Shown here: positions 47,225 through 57,433 of the stretch, in pieces | Position numbering within the stretch: position 1 is the stretch's first letter | Layout of the letters: each line of letters begins with the position of its first letter | Program-made: the position numbers and the translations under genes | Notes under the pieces: model-generated | Database searches by the model: none | Seen by the model: only the letters and a program-made list of their open reading frames with translations | What the model was told of the DNA's origin: nothing | Source: Parcubacteria group bacterium Gr01-1014_20 | Lineage (GTDB): Bacteria; Patescibacteriota; Minisyncoccia; UBA6257; 2-01-FULL-56-20 | Direction: 5' to 3' | Assembly (NCBI GenBank): GCA_007376265.1 | Contig: VMFW01000006.1 | Span: 10,930-74,929 of the forward strand | Length of the DNA stretch: 64,000 bases

Positions 47225-48187
47225 TTACTTTATGAGTCGTTTGAATTCCTCTACCATCGGGACTTCGGTACTTTCAGTGCCGTAATACTTAGCCGCATTT
47301 ATCGCTGCCCAGTCGGCGGTTATTAAGTTTTGGAAAATTTTATGCCAGACAGTCACGTTTTGTAGTTCAACGATCTCGCTTAAAAATCCCCTCTTTCGGT
47401 AGAGGTTTTTAGTAATGAGCATTCTTTTTTGCGTTTTGGGATCGTCTTCGGGATCTTTTATGAAAATAAAGTGAAATTTATGGCTTAAAATTCGAGTAGT
47501 TTTGATCACGTCGAAGCCAGTCATTTCATTATGGTTCAACTCTGGAAATACGTTACAGAAGGCTGGAATTTTACCGGTTTCGTTGAATTTTATTTTCCAG
47601 TTGTACGCGATGGCAAAGTTATTAGTTGAGGCGTAAATGATGGGAATTTTATCCCAGAGTTTTTCGGCTATACTTCGCCCAAGTTTCTCGGCTTTTGCGG
47701 TATCGAGGGTCCTAGCTAGCTTCGAGGCCTTTTTTATTTCTCTCTCTTCGCCGATTAGTTTCAGTAGTGCGAGCAAGTTGAAGCCGAGAGAAATTCGTGG
47801 TTGAATTTCCGATTCGCTAATTCTTACGTAAGGAATCTTATATTTTTTTGCTAAGCCTAGAAGTTTTCCTCCCGCGGTTATGACTGCCAGAGAGTTCCCC
47901 TGCTTTCTGGCTTTCTCAAAAGAACTTACGGTTTCGGCAGTGTTACCCGAGTAAGAGCTGGCGATAACGAGAATATCTTTAGTAATATTCTGGGGCAGAT
48001 CATACGATTTGAACGTCGATAGGTTAAGGTCTGGTCGGCCACACTTTAGAATTTCAGCCGCCAAGGCTGACCCCCCCATTCCCGAGACCAGAATTTTGCT
48101 GGCCCGGACCAACTTTTTAGAGTTTTCTATTTTCGGTTTAAAAGAAAACTGACTCGGAAATTTTTTTACTGAAATCTCGATATTCAT
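47225..48187 (-). CDS. Bifunctional phosphoglucose/phosphomannose isomerase (SIS)
   Basis: GMGGS, SYSGNTAET, QPR, KFNETGK and PELNHNE motifs. Confidence 0.92.
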   Translation of the reverse strand: MNIEISVKKFPSQFSFKPKIENSKKLVRASKILVSGMGGSALAAEILKCGRPDLNLSTFKSYDLPQNITKDILVIASSYSGNTAETVSSFEKARKQGNSLAVITAGGKLLGLAKKYKIPYVRISESEIQPRISLGFNLLALLKLIGEEREIKKASKLARTLDTAKAEKLGRSIAEKLWDKIPIIYASTNNFAIAYNWKIKFNETGKIPAFCNVFPELNHNEMTGFDVIKTTRILSHKFHFIFIKDPEDDPKTQKRMLITKNLYRKRGFLSEIVELQNVTVWHKIFQNLITADWAAINAAKYYGTESTEVPMVEEFKRLIK

Positions 48188-49092
48188 TTTTTTAAGCTGT
48201 GACCACCAAATTGGTTTCTTAAGGCGGAGAGGACTTGACCTGTGTAGCTGGGTTTATTTTTTGAACGCAGTCTAAATTTTAAGGATTCTTCGATAATTGG
48301 CACCGAAATCTTTAGTTTTTTGGCAGTTTGAACAGTCCAGAGGCCTTCTCCGCTTTGTGAGACCGACCCTGAGAGTGATTTTAGCCCGACGCCATGTTCT
48401 TTAAAGGCTTTTTCTAGCCAACCAACAAGGTGCGATTCGATGACGCTTCCCCGGTTATAGACTCGTGCAACTTCTTTTAAGTCTAGATTAAATTTGGACT
48501 TTCTCATAACGGCAAAACCTTCGCCCAAACTTTGCATCATGCCATATTCAATTCCATTATGAATCATCTTAGTGAAGTGTCCCGCCCCGGAGGAACCGAG
48601 ATAGGCGTAACCGTTTTTGGCTGCTAGATCCTTAAAGAGAAATTCACATTTTTTAAAAACGTTTCTTTTTCCACCAACCATAAGCGAGGCACCATTTTTA
48701 GCGCCGCTCGGGCCACCGCTCACGCCAACATCAAGAAAATTAATACCCCTTTTTTTGAAAGCTCTGGCGCGTTCTTCGGATTTCCAGTAAGGAGAGTTGC
48801 CTCCGTCAATTACTGTGTCCCCTTTTCTTAAAAATGGTTGTAGTTCTTTGATAACCGAAGCAACCACTTTATGTGGAACCATAAGCCAGAACAGACGGGG
48901 CGGTTTGGTTTTCTCGGCCAGTTTTTGAAGTGAGGAAGCTGGGTCGCCACCTAATTTTTGAATTTTTTTCGTTGCGTGTTTGCTGATGTCATAGACCGAA
49001 ACCCGATATTTTTTTCCCAAAAGCCTAGCGACCATATTGAAACCCATTTTACCAAGACCGATGTAGGCGATGTTTTTGTGCTTAGAAGTCAT
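48184..49092 (-). CDS. gnd: 6-phosphogluconate dehydrogenase, short decarboxylating type
   Basis: IGLGKMG, IDGGNS, DVGVSGG, KMIHNGIEYG and LRNQFGGH motifs. Confidence 0.95.
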   Translation of the reverse strand: MTSKHKNIAYIGLGKMGFNMVARLLGKKYRVSVYDISKHATKKIQKLGGDPASSLQKLAEKTKPPRLFWLMVPHKVVASVIKELQPFLRKGDTVIDGGNSPYWKSEERARAFKKRGINFLDVGVSGGPSGAKNGASLMVGGKRNVFKKCEFLFKDLAAKNGYAYLGSSGAGHFTKMIHNGIEYGMMQSLGEGFAVMRKSKFNLDLKEVARVYNRGSVIESHLVGWLEKAFKEHGVGLKSLSGSVSQSGEGLWTVQTAKKLKISVPIIEESLKFRLRSKNKPSYTGQVLSALRNQFGGHSLKK

Positions 49093-49111
49093 AATACGTT
49101 GCAAAGACGGG

Positions 49112-50539
49112 CTAAATTGGAAGGTTTACTTTTGGACCGGCGGATCCTTTTTTGTAAGTATGGAGTTTGCTCCGATGCCAGGATTCCAGGATCGGGGTTA
49201 TGAATTCCCAAGAGGCGCGAACTTCTTCAGTCGAGGCGAAGAGAGTTTGGTCACCGCGAATACAGTCATAGAGGATTCTTTCGTAGGCATCTGGGATTTT
49301 GTCCTTTATTTTAGAGTGTCCGTAAGAGAAGGAAAGAATCTGAGGTTTTAGATTAAATGAAAAACCTGGTTCTTTGGCCCAAAACTTTACAGTTATCCCC
49401 TCCTTTGGTTGAATGTTAAATTTTAAAATGTTTTGATGTTTTTCGTCGGAATTGGGCGGGCAGAGACAGGTTTTAGTTTTTTTAAAATAAACAGCTATTT
49501 CCGCCAAACTCTCCTTTAGCGCTTTACCGGATTCAAGGATGAAGGGGACGTTTTTCCATCGACTATTTTCAACAAAAAGTTTTATCAAAAAATAGGTTTC
49601 AACTCTTGAGTGGGGAGAAACCCCTTTTTCTTTACGAAAACCCTGGTACTGTCCTCTTGCGGTGTAGAGGTCGACGTCTTTTCCGCGAATGGGTTTAATA
49701 GCCTTCAGGATTTTGGTTCGCTCATTGCGCAGGCTGGAGGAGGAGAGACTCTCGGGATTCTCAATGGTAATGGCCGCTAACATCTGAAGAAGATGATTTT
49801 GACCAACGTCGCGCAAGGCCCCGATTTCTTCATAGAACTCGCCGCGTTTCGAGGCGTCATTTTTTTCAAGGAATTTAAGCTCAACTTTTTCGATAGATTG
49901 TGCGTTCCAGATTGGCTCAAAAAGAACGTTGGAAAATCTAAAGGTAAGAATATTTTGAATAGTTTCTTTGGCGAGATAATGGTCAATGCGAAAAATTTGA
50001 GTTTCATCAAAAAGCCTCCCCAGGATTTTTTCTAATTTGGAGGCATTTTTCAAATCGTTCCCAAAAGGTTTTTCAACTAAAATGCGGGTCCACCCCCCCT
50101 CCCCGGCGCAAGGTATCGTGAGTCCGGTTTTAGCGAGCTTTTTAAAAATTTTTTCGTAATGGGCGGGAGGAACGGCTAGGTAAAATAACTTGTTGGAACA
50201 CTCCCCAAACTCTTCGTCGAATTTGAGGAATTTTTCACCGACGGCGCTATAACTCTTGGTTTGGTCGAAGTAACCTGATAGATAACTTAGGGTTCTTAGA
50301 AACTCAGTGAGGTCCTCTTCCTTGGCTCCCGGCCTTTTAACCCGAATCGCTTCCTTGGTGAAATTTTTGAATTCCTCATCAGTTAATTCTCGCCTAGAGA
50401 GTCCTAATATTTTGAGTTTGGGTGGGGTAAGGTTTTTTAAATAGAGATCAAAAATAGCGGGAAGAAGTTTCTTCTCGCTTAAATCGCCGGTTGCTCCGAA
50501 AATGATTAAACTCGTTGGGATACGAGTTGCCTTTTCCAT
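49112..50539 (-). CDS. zwf: Glucose-6-phosphate 1-dehydrogenase
   Basis: FGATGDL, EKPFG, RIDHYLAKE, RDVGQNHLLQ and AYER motifs. Confidence 0.96.
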   Translation of the reverse strand: MEKATRIPTSLIIFGATGDLSEKKLLPAIFDLYLKNLTPPKLKILGLSRRELTDEEFKNFTKEAIRVKRPGAKEEDLTEFLRTLSYLSGYFDQTKSYSAVGEKFLKFDEEFGECSNKLFYLAVPPAHYEKIFKKLAKTGLTIPCAGEGGWTRILVEKPFGNDLKNASKLEKILGRLFDETQIFRIDHYLAKETIQNILTFRFSNVLFEPIWNAQSIEKVELKFLEKNDASKRGEFYEEIGALRDVGQNHLLQMLAAITIENPESLSSSSLRNERTKILKAIKPIRGKDVDLYTARGQYQGFRKEKGVSPHSRVETYFLIKLFVENSRWKNVPFILESGKALKESLAEIAVYFKKTKTCLCPPNSDEKHQNILKFNIQPKEGITVKFWAKEPGFSFNLKPQILSFSYGHSKIKDKIPDAYERILYDCIRGDQTLFASTEEVRASWEFITPILESWHRSKLHTYKKGSAGPKVNLPI

Positions 50540-50548
50540 TCGGTATTT

Positions 50549-50785
50549 TTACTTTACGCCAGAAAGCTCAGTGAGGGCGGACTTATCGAAACCGACCACT
50601 ATTTGACCCCCGATGTCGATCACCGGAACGCCAAGTTGGCCTGATTTTTCGACCATAGTTTTTCTAGCTTCGAGGTCGCTTGCGACATCTTTTTCTTCGT
50701 AAGCTAGGCTGTGCTCTTTAAAAAAAGCCTTGGCCATTTTGCAGTAAACGCAGGTGGGGGTGGTGTAGATAATAATTTTTGGCAT
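50549..50785 (-). CDS. Glutaredoxin-like protein (NrdH/YruB type)
   Basis: CVYC, GVPVI and VGFD motifs. Confidence 0.92.
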   Translation of the reverse strand: MPKIIIYTTPTCVYCKMAKAFFKEHSLAYEEKDVASDLEARKTMVEKSGQLGVPVIDIGGQIVVGFDKSALTELSGVK

Positions 50786-50814
50786 AAGGATTTAATTTGT
50801 TTTGTTAGTTTTTC

Positions 50815-51111
50815 CCCCGGTACTAATTAGGACTCAAGACTAGACTTTATTCGTCTCTTCAAACCACCCAAAGTTCTGCCCCACGTCTTTAACATTTTCT
50901 CTCGTTTTTCAGCATCCAAGTGCGATCTATAGGCTTCGTAATAAACTAGATCTAGTGGGGTCCTGTAGCTTGTTGATTTTGTCTCACCTGAATTATGTTC
51001 TTTCAGTCTTCGATTTAAATCAGCGGTAAAGCCAATATAAATACTCCCCTCTTTCTGACTCTTAAGTATATACACATAGAACATAATTCAAAGGCCTAAT
51101 TAGTTCCGGGG
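50815..51111. mobile_element. 297-bp IR-bounded element carrying only a GIY-YIG nuclease gene
   Basis: CCCCGGTACTAATTAGG (50815-50831) and CCTAATTAGTTCCGGGG (51095-51111) are 16/17 inverted repeats; TTC direct repeat at 50812-50814 and 51112-51114. Confidence 0.7.
50827..51084 (-). CDS. Stand-alone GIY-YIG nuclease (UPF0213/SLX1-like)
   Basis: YVYIL...YIGFT...RRLKEHN...YYEAY...REKMLK. Confidence 0.93.
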   Translation of the reverse strand: MFYVYILKSQKEGSIYIGFTADLNRRLKEHNSGETKSTSYRTPLDLVYYEAYRSHLDAEKREKMLKTWGRTLGGLKRRIKSSLES

Positions 51112-51118
51112 TTCGACC

Positions 51119-52231
51119 TTACTTGAGTCTTTTATTTGCAATTTCGACGGCAATTTCTCTTGGGTTTCGATTTTTCATTAAGGCTTCCTTCAGGATGAGG
51201 GTGGTATTCTTGGATATCTTTTCCCGCACTAACTGAAACATCTTATTTTGGTTGAACCCTTTGTATTCGGCATAGGACGATATGACTCCTCCTGAATTAG
51301 CAATAATATCTGGAACAATTATCACCTTCCTGCGCCAGAGAATTCTTTCATAGCTTTCGGGAATTGGAATATTAGCTCCTTCCACAATTATTTTGGCTCT
51401 AACCTTGCGGTGATTGCTTTTGTTAATTACGTCTGGGCCGGCCGCAGGAATCAAGATGTCGACCGGTAATTCATAGAGTTTCTCGGGAGCGATAATCTTG
51501 CCGCTACCTAAACCAACCACAGACTTCCCATCGCCTTTAATCTTAGCAAGTCTGTCAATAGAGAGGCCACTTTCGTTTGATACAGCACCCTTTGAGTCCG
51601 AAACAGCCACGATTTTTGCTCCCATTTTTGCGAGATGCTTAGCCGCAAAAATACCAACATTTCCGAATCCGGCGATGGCCACCGTAGCATTTTTTAGGTC
51701 GAGTTTGGCTAGTTTTGTAGCTACTTTGGCGGCTTCGGCCACACCAAAACCAGTGCTACCAAGCTCGTGTGGGAGCCCACATTTTTTTACACCGTTTACG
51801 AGCCGGCAGTAGTTAGTTGGCTTGCCGGTCGACGAATCCCAAATTTTTGTGGTTTGAGCAATCCATTGCATCTCTTGTTCTGTCGTGTTGATGTCCGGGC
51901 CGGCAATGTAAAATCTTGGAACAAAAGGGAGGAGGTATTTGGCAAAACTCTCGATTATTTTTCGTTTAGCGACTTTGGATATTTGTTTTGGGTTGATCGC
52001 AATGCCGGCTTTAGCGCCACCAAAAGGGAGGTCAGCGAGCGCATTTTTTAAGGTCATGGCACGAGCCAGTCTTTTAACTTCCGTCATGGAAACCCCCGCG
52101 GTCATTCGGATACCGCCCTTACCTAGCCCGAGCTTCAAACTATCAATTACGAGAAAAGCTTTATACTTTAAGTCCGGATCAAAGAATTCAACTGAATACT
52201 CCGGGTTTTCTGATAAATTAGTTACTTCCAT
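51119..52231 (-). CDS. Glu/Leu/Phe/Val dehydrogenase
   Basis: GKGGIRM, MTLKNA, GGAKAG, TGK, GFGNVG, EGAN and PDIIANSGGV motifs. Confidence 0.92.
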   Translation of the reverse strand: MEVTNLSENPEYSVEFFDPDLKYKAFLVIDSLKLGLGKGGIRMTAGVSMTEVKRLARAMTLKNALADLPFGGAKAGIAINPKQISKVAKRKIIESFAKYLLPFVPRFYIAGPDINTTEQEMQWIAQTTKIWDSSTGKPTNYCRLVNGVKKCGLPHELGSTGFGVAEAAKVATKLAKLDLKNATVAIAGFGNVGIFAAKHLAKMGAKIVAVSDSKGAVSNESGLSIDRLAKIKGDGKSVVGLGSGKIIAPEKLYELPVDILIPAAGPDVINKSNHRKVRAKIIVEGANIPIPESYERILWRRKVIIVPDIIANSGGVISSYAEYKGFNQNKMFQLVREKISKNTTLILKEALMKNRNPREIAVEIANKRLK

Positions 52232-52236
52232 GATAT

Positions 52237-52743
52237 TTAAAGAGTGGCGCCGAGAACCTTACCCACAGTGATTCCAACGGCGATAGCGATTCCCCCGACT
52301 AAAAGCATTCTCATCGCTACCCGAAAAGAGTTCACGTTCGCCATTTTAGCACTAATCAGGCTAAGTAGAAAAAGTGCGAAGAGCGAGGCGATGATCGAAA
52401 CGATAAATCCAAGTGATGTTTCAAAAATTAGGTACGGCAATAAAGGAATGAAGCCGGAGAGAAAATAAGAGAGAAACATGGCGAGACTACCCCTTAGGGA
52501 TCGTCTATTGACCCCGGATTTTTCACGGAGGTAATCCTCAACCGAGTGTTCGGTTAAAAAACTTCCAGCGGCCATGGAAAAAGCCTCCACAAAAATCAAA
52601 ACAGTCCCAGTCAGAAGAATAGTGGCTCGGGGAGTGTTTACGGCGGCAATGCCGGAGAGCAAACCCACGGTCGAGACGAGGCTATCCTCAACCCCAAAGA
52701 CAAAGTTTCTCAAATAAATCGTTTTCTGCTCCGATTTTTCCAT
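52237..52743 (-). CDS. VIT1/CCC1 family metal transporter (short form)
   Basis: FGVEDSLVST, EAFSMAAG and IPLLPY motifs. Confidence 0.88.
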   Translation of the reverse strand: MEKSEQKTIYLRNFVFGVEDSLVSTVGLLSGIAAVNTPRATILLTGTVLIFVEAFSMAAGSFLTEHSVEDYLREKSGVNRRSLRGSLAMFLSYFLSGFIPLLPYLIFETSLGFIVSIIASLFALFLLSLISAKMANVNSFRVAMRMLLVGGIAIAVGITVGKVLGATL

Positions 52744-52750
52744 GACTTAA

Positions 52751-55732
52751 TTATCGCATTAGGTCTCGAAGCCCGCAATATTTACAGTCTTTTTTATTAC
52801 AGCGAGTGTTCCAGAATTCAAGGTTTCGTATTGAGTAGACTGCCTTTTGGATAATTTCCTTCAATTCATCCACCTCACTTTTTTGGATTTCGAAAAACTC
52901 CCGCTTAAAAGTGCCTCTTGGATTTGGTTCTATAAAATCAATTACTCCAGCGTCCATCTCCCAAGTTTTTTCTGGTTTAAGTTCTAGTAGAAGTTTGTAA
53001 AAAACCAACTGCCTCTTGTAATCGCCAGTTGAGTTTTTAGTCAACCCGAGAATTTGGTTTCTTGACCCAGGTTCTTTGGTTTTGTAATCCACCACGATGA
53101 CATGCTTAGGATTTTCTGTAATTTCAATTTTATCGAGTTTGCCAGTCAATTTAATGTTTTCAAGCATAACGCCCTTAATGGCGAACTCGTTCACGGTGTT
53201 GTAGTTCCAGGAATTTTGATAAAAATTATAATATTTTTCTAGAATTTTCTTTCCATAACTTAAGGTTTCCTCAAAATCGGTCTTTGTTAGCGGTTCACGA
53301 CTTAGGGCGTTCTCAAAGCTGAGCAGAATAGAGGGTGCGTCAACTAGCTTCCCTCCTCTTTTAGCGTCAAAAAAGTTTTTGAGAGCAAAGTGAACCGCCG
53401 TACCAAACATCTGTGATTTATTTTTTGATCGGGGAATTCTAAGTAGGTTGAGATAAAAATATTTCCAAGGGCAAGCAAGGTAGTTATTCAACGCACTCAC
53501 CGATAAACCTCGTTTTTCAAAGATCTGTATAAATAATTCTTGATTATCTGAAGTTACATTTTTCACCTTTGATGTATCGAAGAGAACCGCCCGATTTTCT
53601 AAGAACTTTCTGTCGAAATCACCACCCAAAATCTCTGTTTTCAGTTCTGCTCTAATTTCTCCCAGGAATTGACTGGGAATTTGATCTCGACCCTCTTCAT
53701 TTTTAGTGGAATAGGTTATGAAGACGTGTCTTTTGGCTCTAGTTAGGCACATGTAAAAAAGCCTCCGCTCATCCTCGTTTTTTTCAGTTTCATCTATATT
53801 AACGCTAGTTTTGAAAGGGATTTTGAATTTATCGAAATGACGCTTATTTCCCCAATGACCATCAACGGCTTTGGTGAGAAAAACTGTGGAAAATTCTAGA
53901 CCTTTAGCTCGATGAGCTGTCATTAATCGAACAGCGTTTCGAGTTGTGGCCGATTTTGACTGAAGAGAAAGGCCGTGGGTTTTTAAGATGTCGAGATGTT
54001 CTAAGTACTCTCTAAGAGAATAGGCTCGATGATCGTCGGTCGCTTTTCGAATTTCTCTGAAAAGCGAACTCAACTTGTCAATTTTTTGAAGATACTCCCC
54101 GTGTTGAATGATGTGGCTTAGGAATCCGGATTCGTTTAAAACTGCCTCGAAAAACTTTATAAAATCATCGTTACGACTTTTTTTACTCCACTTTTTAAAA
54201 AGCTGGTAGATCTTGCTCAGTTGAACCGAGTTACTGATTTCTAGATTCCTTAGGATTACTGGATCATCAAGGATTTTGTGCAAAGATCGTTTTTCTCTAA
54301 TCGTGGCAACTGAAAGTTGGTAGATATCAAGCGGGTCGATGTTTAGAAAATCAATGTGCAAGACTTCCAGGAGTTTTTCATCATTACCGAACTCATTGAT
54401 GGCGCTAAATATTAGATTGAGTTTTTTAATATCGGGATCGTCTAGAATATTAGACTCGGATTCAATTACATAAGCTAGGCCGGCTTTGTTTAGAAAATCA
54501 GCAATAAGTTTCGCATCTCTATTTTCTCGATACAGAATGGCGATTTGTTCCGGTTTTATTTCGTTGTCTAGTAAGAGCTTAATTTCTTCGACAATAAACA
54601 TTCCCTCTCCCTCAGGGGTTTCGAAGGCGTAAACTTTTATCTTCTCGCCGACATCTTTAGTGGTGGCTCGGAGAGGAGAAAATATGGTGGTTCGATTTTT
54701 TTCAATTAAATCCTGCGCAGAGTCGAGAATGGTTTGAGTAGAACGGTAACTATCTTCTAAATTAATGAGTTTAACGCTAGGATATTTTTTCTGAAAATAA
54801 AGAAAATTGTCTAGATTAGCACCTTGAAACCGAAAAATCGCCTGTTTTTCGTCGCCAACCACGAAAAGATTGGGATTTGGATAAAAGTCACAAATTAGCT
54901 CTAGGATTCGATTTTGAGCCCCGTTGGTGTCCTGGTGTTCATCGATTAAGAGATATTGAAACTTCTCCTGAACTTCTCTCAAAAATTCCGCTTTTGTTTC
55001 AAAGGCCTTAATGGTCTCGAGGATCATATCCTCAAAATCATAGAACCTTTTGTCTCGTAAAATCTCCTGATACTTTTTGTAGACCCTCCCCAGTTCCGAA
55101 TTTTTTTGACTATCCTTTAGCTGTTTTTGATACTCTCCTTTGATTTTACCGGCGTGAGCGCCGGTTAGATGATACTTGTCTGCTCGCTTTTCTAAGCTGG
55201 CAGCTTCTTCCTTAGCGATTTCGATAAAGGCCTTTGCTGAAATCCCTTCGTTTTTCAGATTTTTAATCGAAGCTAAGATATCTCTAACGTAAAAATATTT
55301 ATCACCGAAAGGCTTGATGTGATCGTAGGGTTCTAGGTCGAGGATTTCTCTAATGATGGAAATTCGACTAACTTCTGTCGTGTTTTTGCCACCAATCAAT
55401 TCTTCGTAATTTTCAGGATATTCTTGAATTAGGGTGTTGCAAAAACTATGAAAGGTGCCGATTGTGACGTAATAACCCCGTGAACCAATGAGATTAACAA
55501 GCCGTCTCCGCATATTGGCCGCCGCTGATTCAGTAAATGTCAGGGCGAGGATGGAGTCAGCTGGAGTGTCGCTTTTTGCAAGGATGTTTGCAATTCGGAG
55601 GGTTAAAATCTGGGTTTTACCCGTCCCTGGACCGGCAATAACCATCACGGGGCCATCAATGGTTTCAACCGCCTCTCTTTGCTTTGGGTTAAGGTTTGCT
55701 AGGGTTTTAGCAAAATTAGCTTCAGTTATCAT
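52751..55732 (-). CDS. UvrD/Rep-family helicase fused to a C-terminal PD-(D/E)xK nuclease (AddA/AdnB-like)
   Basis: AGPGTGKT, DEHQD, VGDEKQAI, TAHRAKGLEF and ERRLFY; then LSVSALNNY..CP, GKLDKI, VDYKT, QLVFY and CxxC. Confidence 0.92.
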   Translation of the reverse strand: MITEANFAKTLANLNPKQREAVETIDGPVMVIAGPGTGKTQILTLRIANILAKSDTPADSILALTFTESAAANMRRRLVNLIGSRGYYVTIGTFHSFCNTLIQEYPENYEELIGGKNTTEVSRISIIREILDLEPYDHIKPFGDKYFYVRDILASIKNLKNEGISAKAFIEIAKEEAASLEKRADKYHLTGAHAGKIKGEYQKQLKDSQKNSELGRVYKKYQEILRDKRFYDFEDMILETIKAFETKAEFLREVQEKFQYLLIDEHQDTNGAQNRILELICDFYPNPNLFVVGDEKQAIFRFQGANLDNFLYFQKKYPSVKLINLEDSYRSTQTILDSAQDLIEKNRTTIFSPLRATTKDVGEKIKVYAFETPEGEGMFIVEEIKLLLDNEIKPEQIAILYRENRDAKLIADFLNKAGLAYVIESESNILDDPDIKKLNLIFSAINEFGNDEKLLEVLHIDFLNIDPLDIYQLSVATIREKRSLHKILDDPVILRNLEISNSVQLSKIYQLFKKWSKKSRNDDFIKFFEAVLNESGFLSHIIQHGEYLQKIDKLSSLFREIRKATDDHRAYSLREYLEHLDILKTHGLSLQSKSATTRNAVRLMTAHRAKGLEFSTVFLTKAVDGHWGNKRHFDKFKIPFKTSVNIDETEKNEDERRLFYMCLTRAKRHVFITYSTKNEEGRDQIPSQFLGEIRAELKTEILGGDFDRKFLENRAVLFDTSKVKNVTSDNQELFIQIFEKRGLSVSALNNYLACPWKYFYLNLLRIPRSKNKSQMFGTAVHFALKNFFDAKRGGKLVDAPSILLSFENALSREPLTKTDFEETLSYGKKILEKYYNFYQNSWNYNTVNEFAIKGVMLENIKLTGKLDKIEITENPKHVIVVDYKTKEPGSRNQILGLTKNSTGDYKRQLVFYKLLLELKPEKTWEMDAGVIDFIEPNPRGTFKREFFEIQKSEVDELKEIIQKAVYSIRNLEFWNTRCNKKDCKYCGLRDLMR

Positions 55733-55763
55733 GCTTTAGAATTATAAACTGGTTTGTTCTAGT

Positions 55764-55791
55764 AAAAAACGCCCTGATTTTAGGGCGTTTT
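55764..55791 (-). terminator. Intrinsic terminator of the GHKL operon
   Basis: AAAACGCCCT-gatttt-AGGGCGTTTT. Confidence 0.8.
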
Positions 55792-55801
55792 GAAGGTTTC
55801 G

Positions 55802-57433
55802 TTATCGAATTGAAGAAAAGAAAGGCGTAAAGTGCTCATCAAAGACTTTTCGGAAGGATTCACCGATGTTGTCATTGGAGGCCGCGAGGGTGGCAATTTC
55901 CTTGACCAGGTGGATAGTGACGTACTCTTCGAGGGCTCTTACGCCAGCGGTATCGCAGGCGATCCAATCCTTGTGGGAGATATTGAAGATGATGACGCCG
56001 TTTTGAACTCGGGTTCGCCAGTGAAAACCGTGCGCCGTGGAACCCTCTTCGTAGTCAGCCGTGAGACCGAACTGCGACTTGATAATTCGTCGTTCCCGAC
56101 CGGCAGGGTGGGCAACCGAGCTGTGAACTTTACTAACTTGCTCGTGTTTCGGTGGCCCTTTGTGGCGATTTTTTTCCACCTCCGCTTTTTGCAGGAGAAC
56201 TCGTTCTTTACTTTCTTTGAGAGTTGGGGCTCGGAGACGAAATTTTTTCGAGGTAGGATTTGCTTCGGCGGCCCTGATGTGTTCTTCCGAGACAAATCCC
56301 GAGAGTCGTCCAGCGAGACGCATGGCCGGATGCTCCTTGAAAAAGCGATCCATCTTAAAAACTGCTAATTCGATAGCTTCCGAGTAACGGGCTAGACGAT
56401 GCTCGCTTTTTAATTCGGCAAAGTTGGGTCGAACTTCCTCTTCGACGAATTTTCTGATAGTCGCGCAAAAAACATTTTCGTCATCATCGCGAGCGAATCC
56501 CTCGCGATCAGCCCGAATCGTGCAGAAATCCACTCGAATGTAGCCTTGGTAGTGACCGGAGCCGAGGAGCTCTCTTACCTCTCGCCAGAGCATGGGCATT
56601 TTGTGGAGAGGAAACTCCTGCATATCGCGGTGAACGACGATGATTTTTGGAGATGATATGGGCTTGATCAGGACGTAAAAGTCAAAATCGACGGTACCAC
56701 GCTGGGTTTTGATTGTAACCCTCTCGCATCTGGTGCCGTCAAATTCGACGGGTTTTACTGAGACGCGTTTTTCGCTGCCCGTTTCCGACTTGAAGATGAT
56801 TTGCACATCAACTTTTTTCTTCTTGATCTGTTCACCCCAAGCTTCGGAAATGCGATCGGCGATCTCTTCAATACGCGAAAGTTCTCGCATAGAACTTTGA
56901 TCGATCTTAGCGAAAGCGACTAAGGTGGTGGGTTTAAAGGAAATACCGCCCGAGAGCGAGTGGTTAGCGTCTTCGTCGCGAATGCTTAATTCCGGATTCG
57001 CGTTTTCTGCGAGCTCTTCGCGGTTAATCCAGGCGGTAAAATATCTGGTCTTGAGACTGTCTCCCGGGCGAGTCGTAATCGAGAGACGCTTGGCGATAGC
57101 TAGACCAGAGAAACGACCAATCCCCTTTTCGCCACCTTTTTTCTTATCACCCTTCTTGACCGAAACGCCAACGTTTTGCCAGAGAAATCTTATCTCCTCT
57201 TTGCCAGCGCCAGTGCCGTTGTCGTAACAGTGCAAGCTTGATCTGGCTTGGTTAATTACAACATGAATGTTTCGGGCGCCTTGATCGAGCGAGTTTTGAA
57301 TCAACTCCACCACGGCGTTGGTAGCATCCTTATAGGTTTGGGCTAGATAGGAAATGGTGTTTCCGACGTGAACTTGGATTCCAACCTTTTCAACTTTTGG
57401 CTCTGGTTTTGTTAGGACTGCCAAATCAACCAC
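55802..57433 (-). CDS. MORC-like GHKL ATPase (HATPase_c_3)
   Basis: AVVELIQNSLD (N box), DNGTG (G1), GEKGIGRFS (G2) and TTLV; basic linker; C-terminal IIFNISHKDW domain. Confidence 0.85.
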   Translation of the reverse strand: MVDLAVLTKPEPKVEKVGIQVHVGNTISYLAQTYKDATNAVVELIQNSLDQGARNIHVVINQARSSLHCYDNGTGAGKEEIRFLWQNVGVSVKKGDKKKGGEKGIGRFSGLAIAKRLSITTRPGDSLKTRYFTAWINREELAENANPELSIRDEDANHSLSGGISFKPTTLVAFAKIDQSSMRELSRIEEIADRISEAWGEQIKKKKVDVQIIFKSETGSEKRVSVKPVEFDGTRCERVTIKTQRGTVDFDFYVLIKPISSPKIIVVHRDMQEFPLHKMPMLWREVRELLGSGHYQGYIRVDFCTIRADREGFARDDDENVFCATIRKFVEEEVRPNFAELKSEHRLARYSEAIELAVFKMDRFFKEHPAMRLAGRLSGFVSEEHIRAAEANPTSKKFRLRAPTLKESKERVLLQKAEVEKNRHKGPPKHEQVSKVHSSVAHPAGRERRIIKSQFGLTADYEEGSTAHGFHWRTRVQNGVIIFNISHKDWIACDTAGVRALEEYVTIHLVKEIATLAASNDNIGESFRKVFDEHFTPFFSSIR

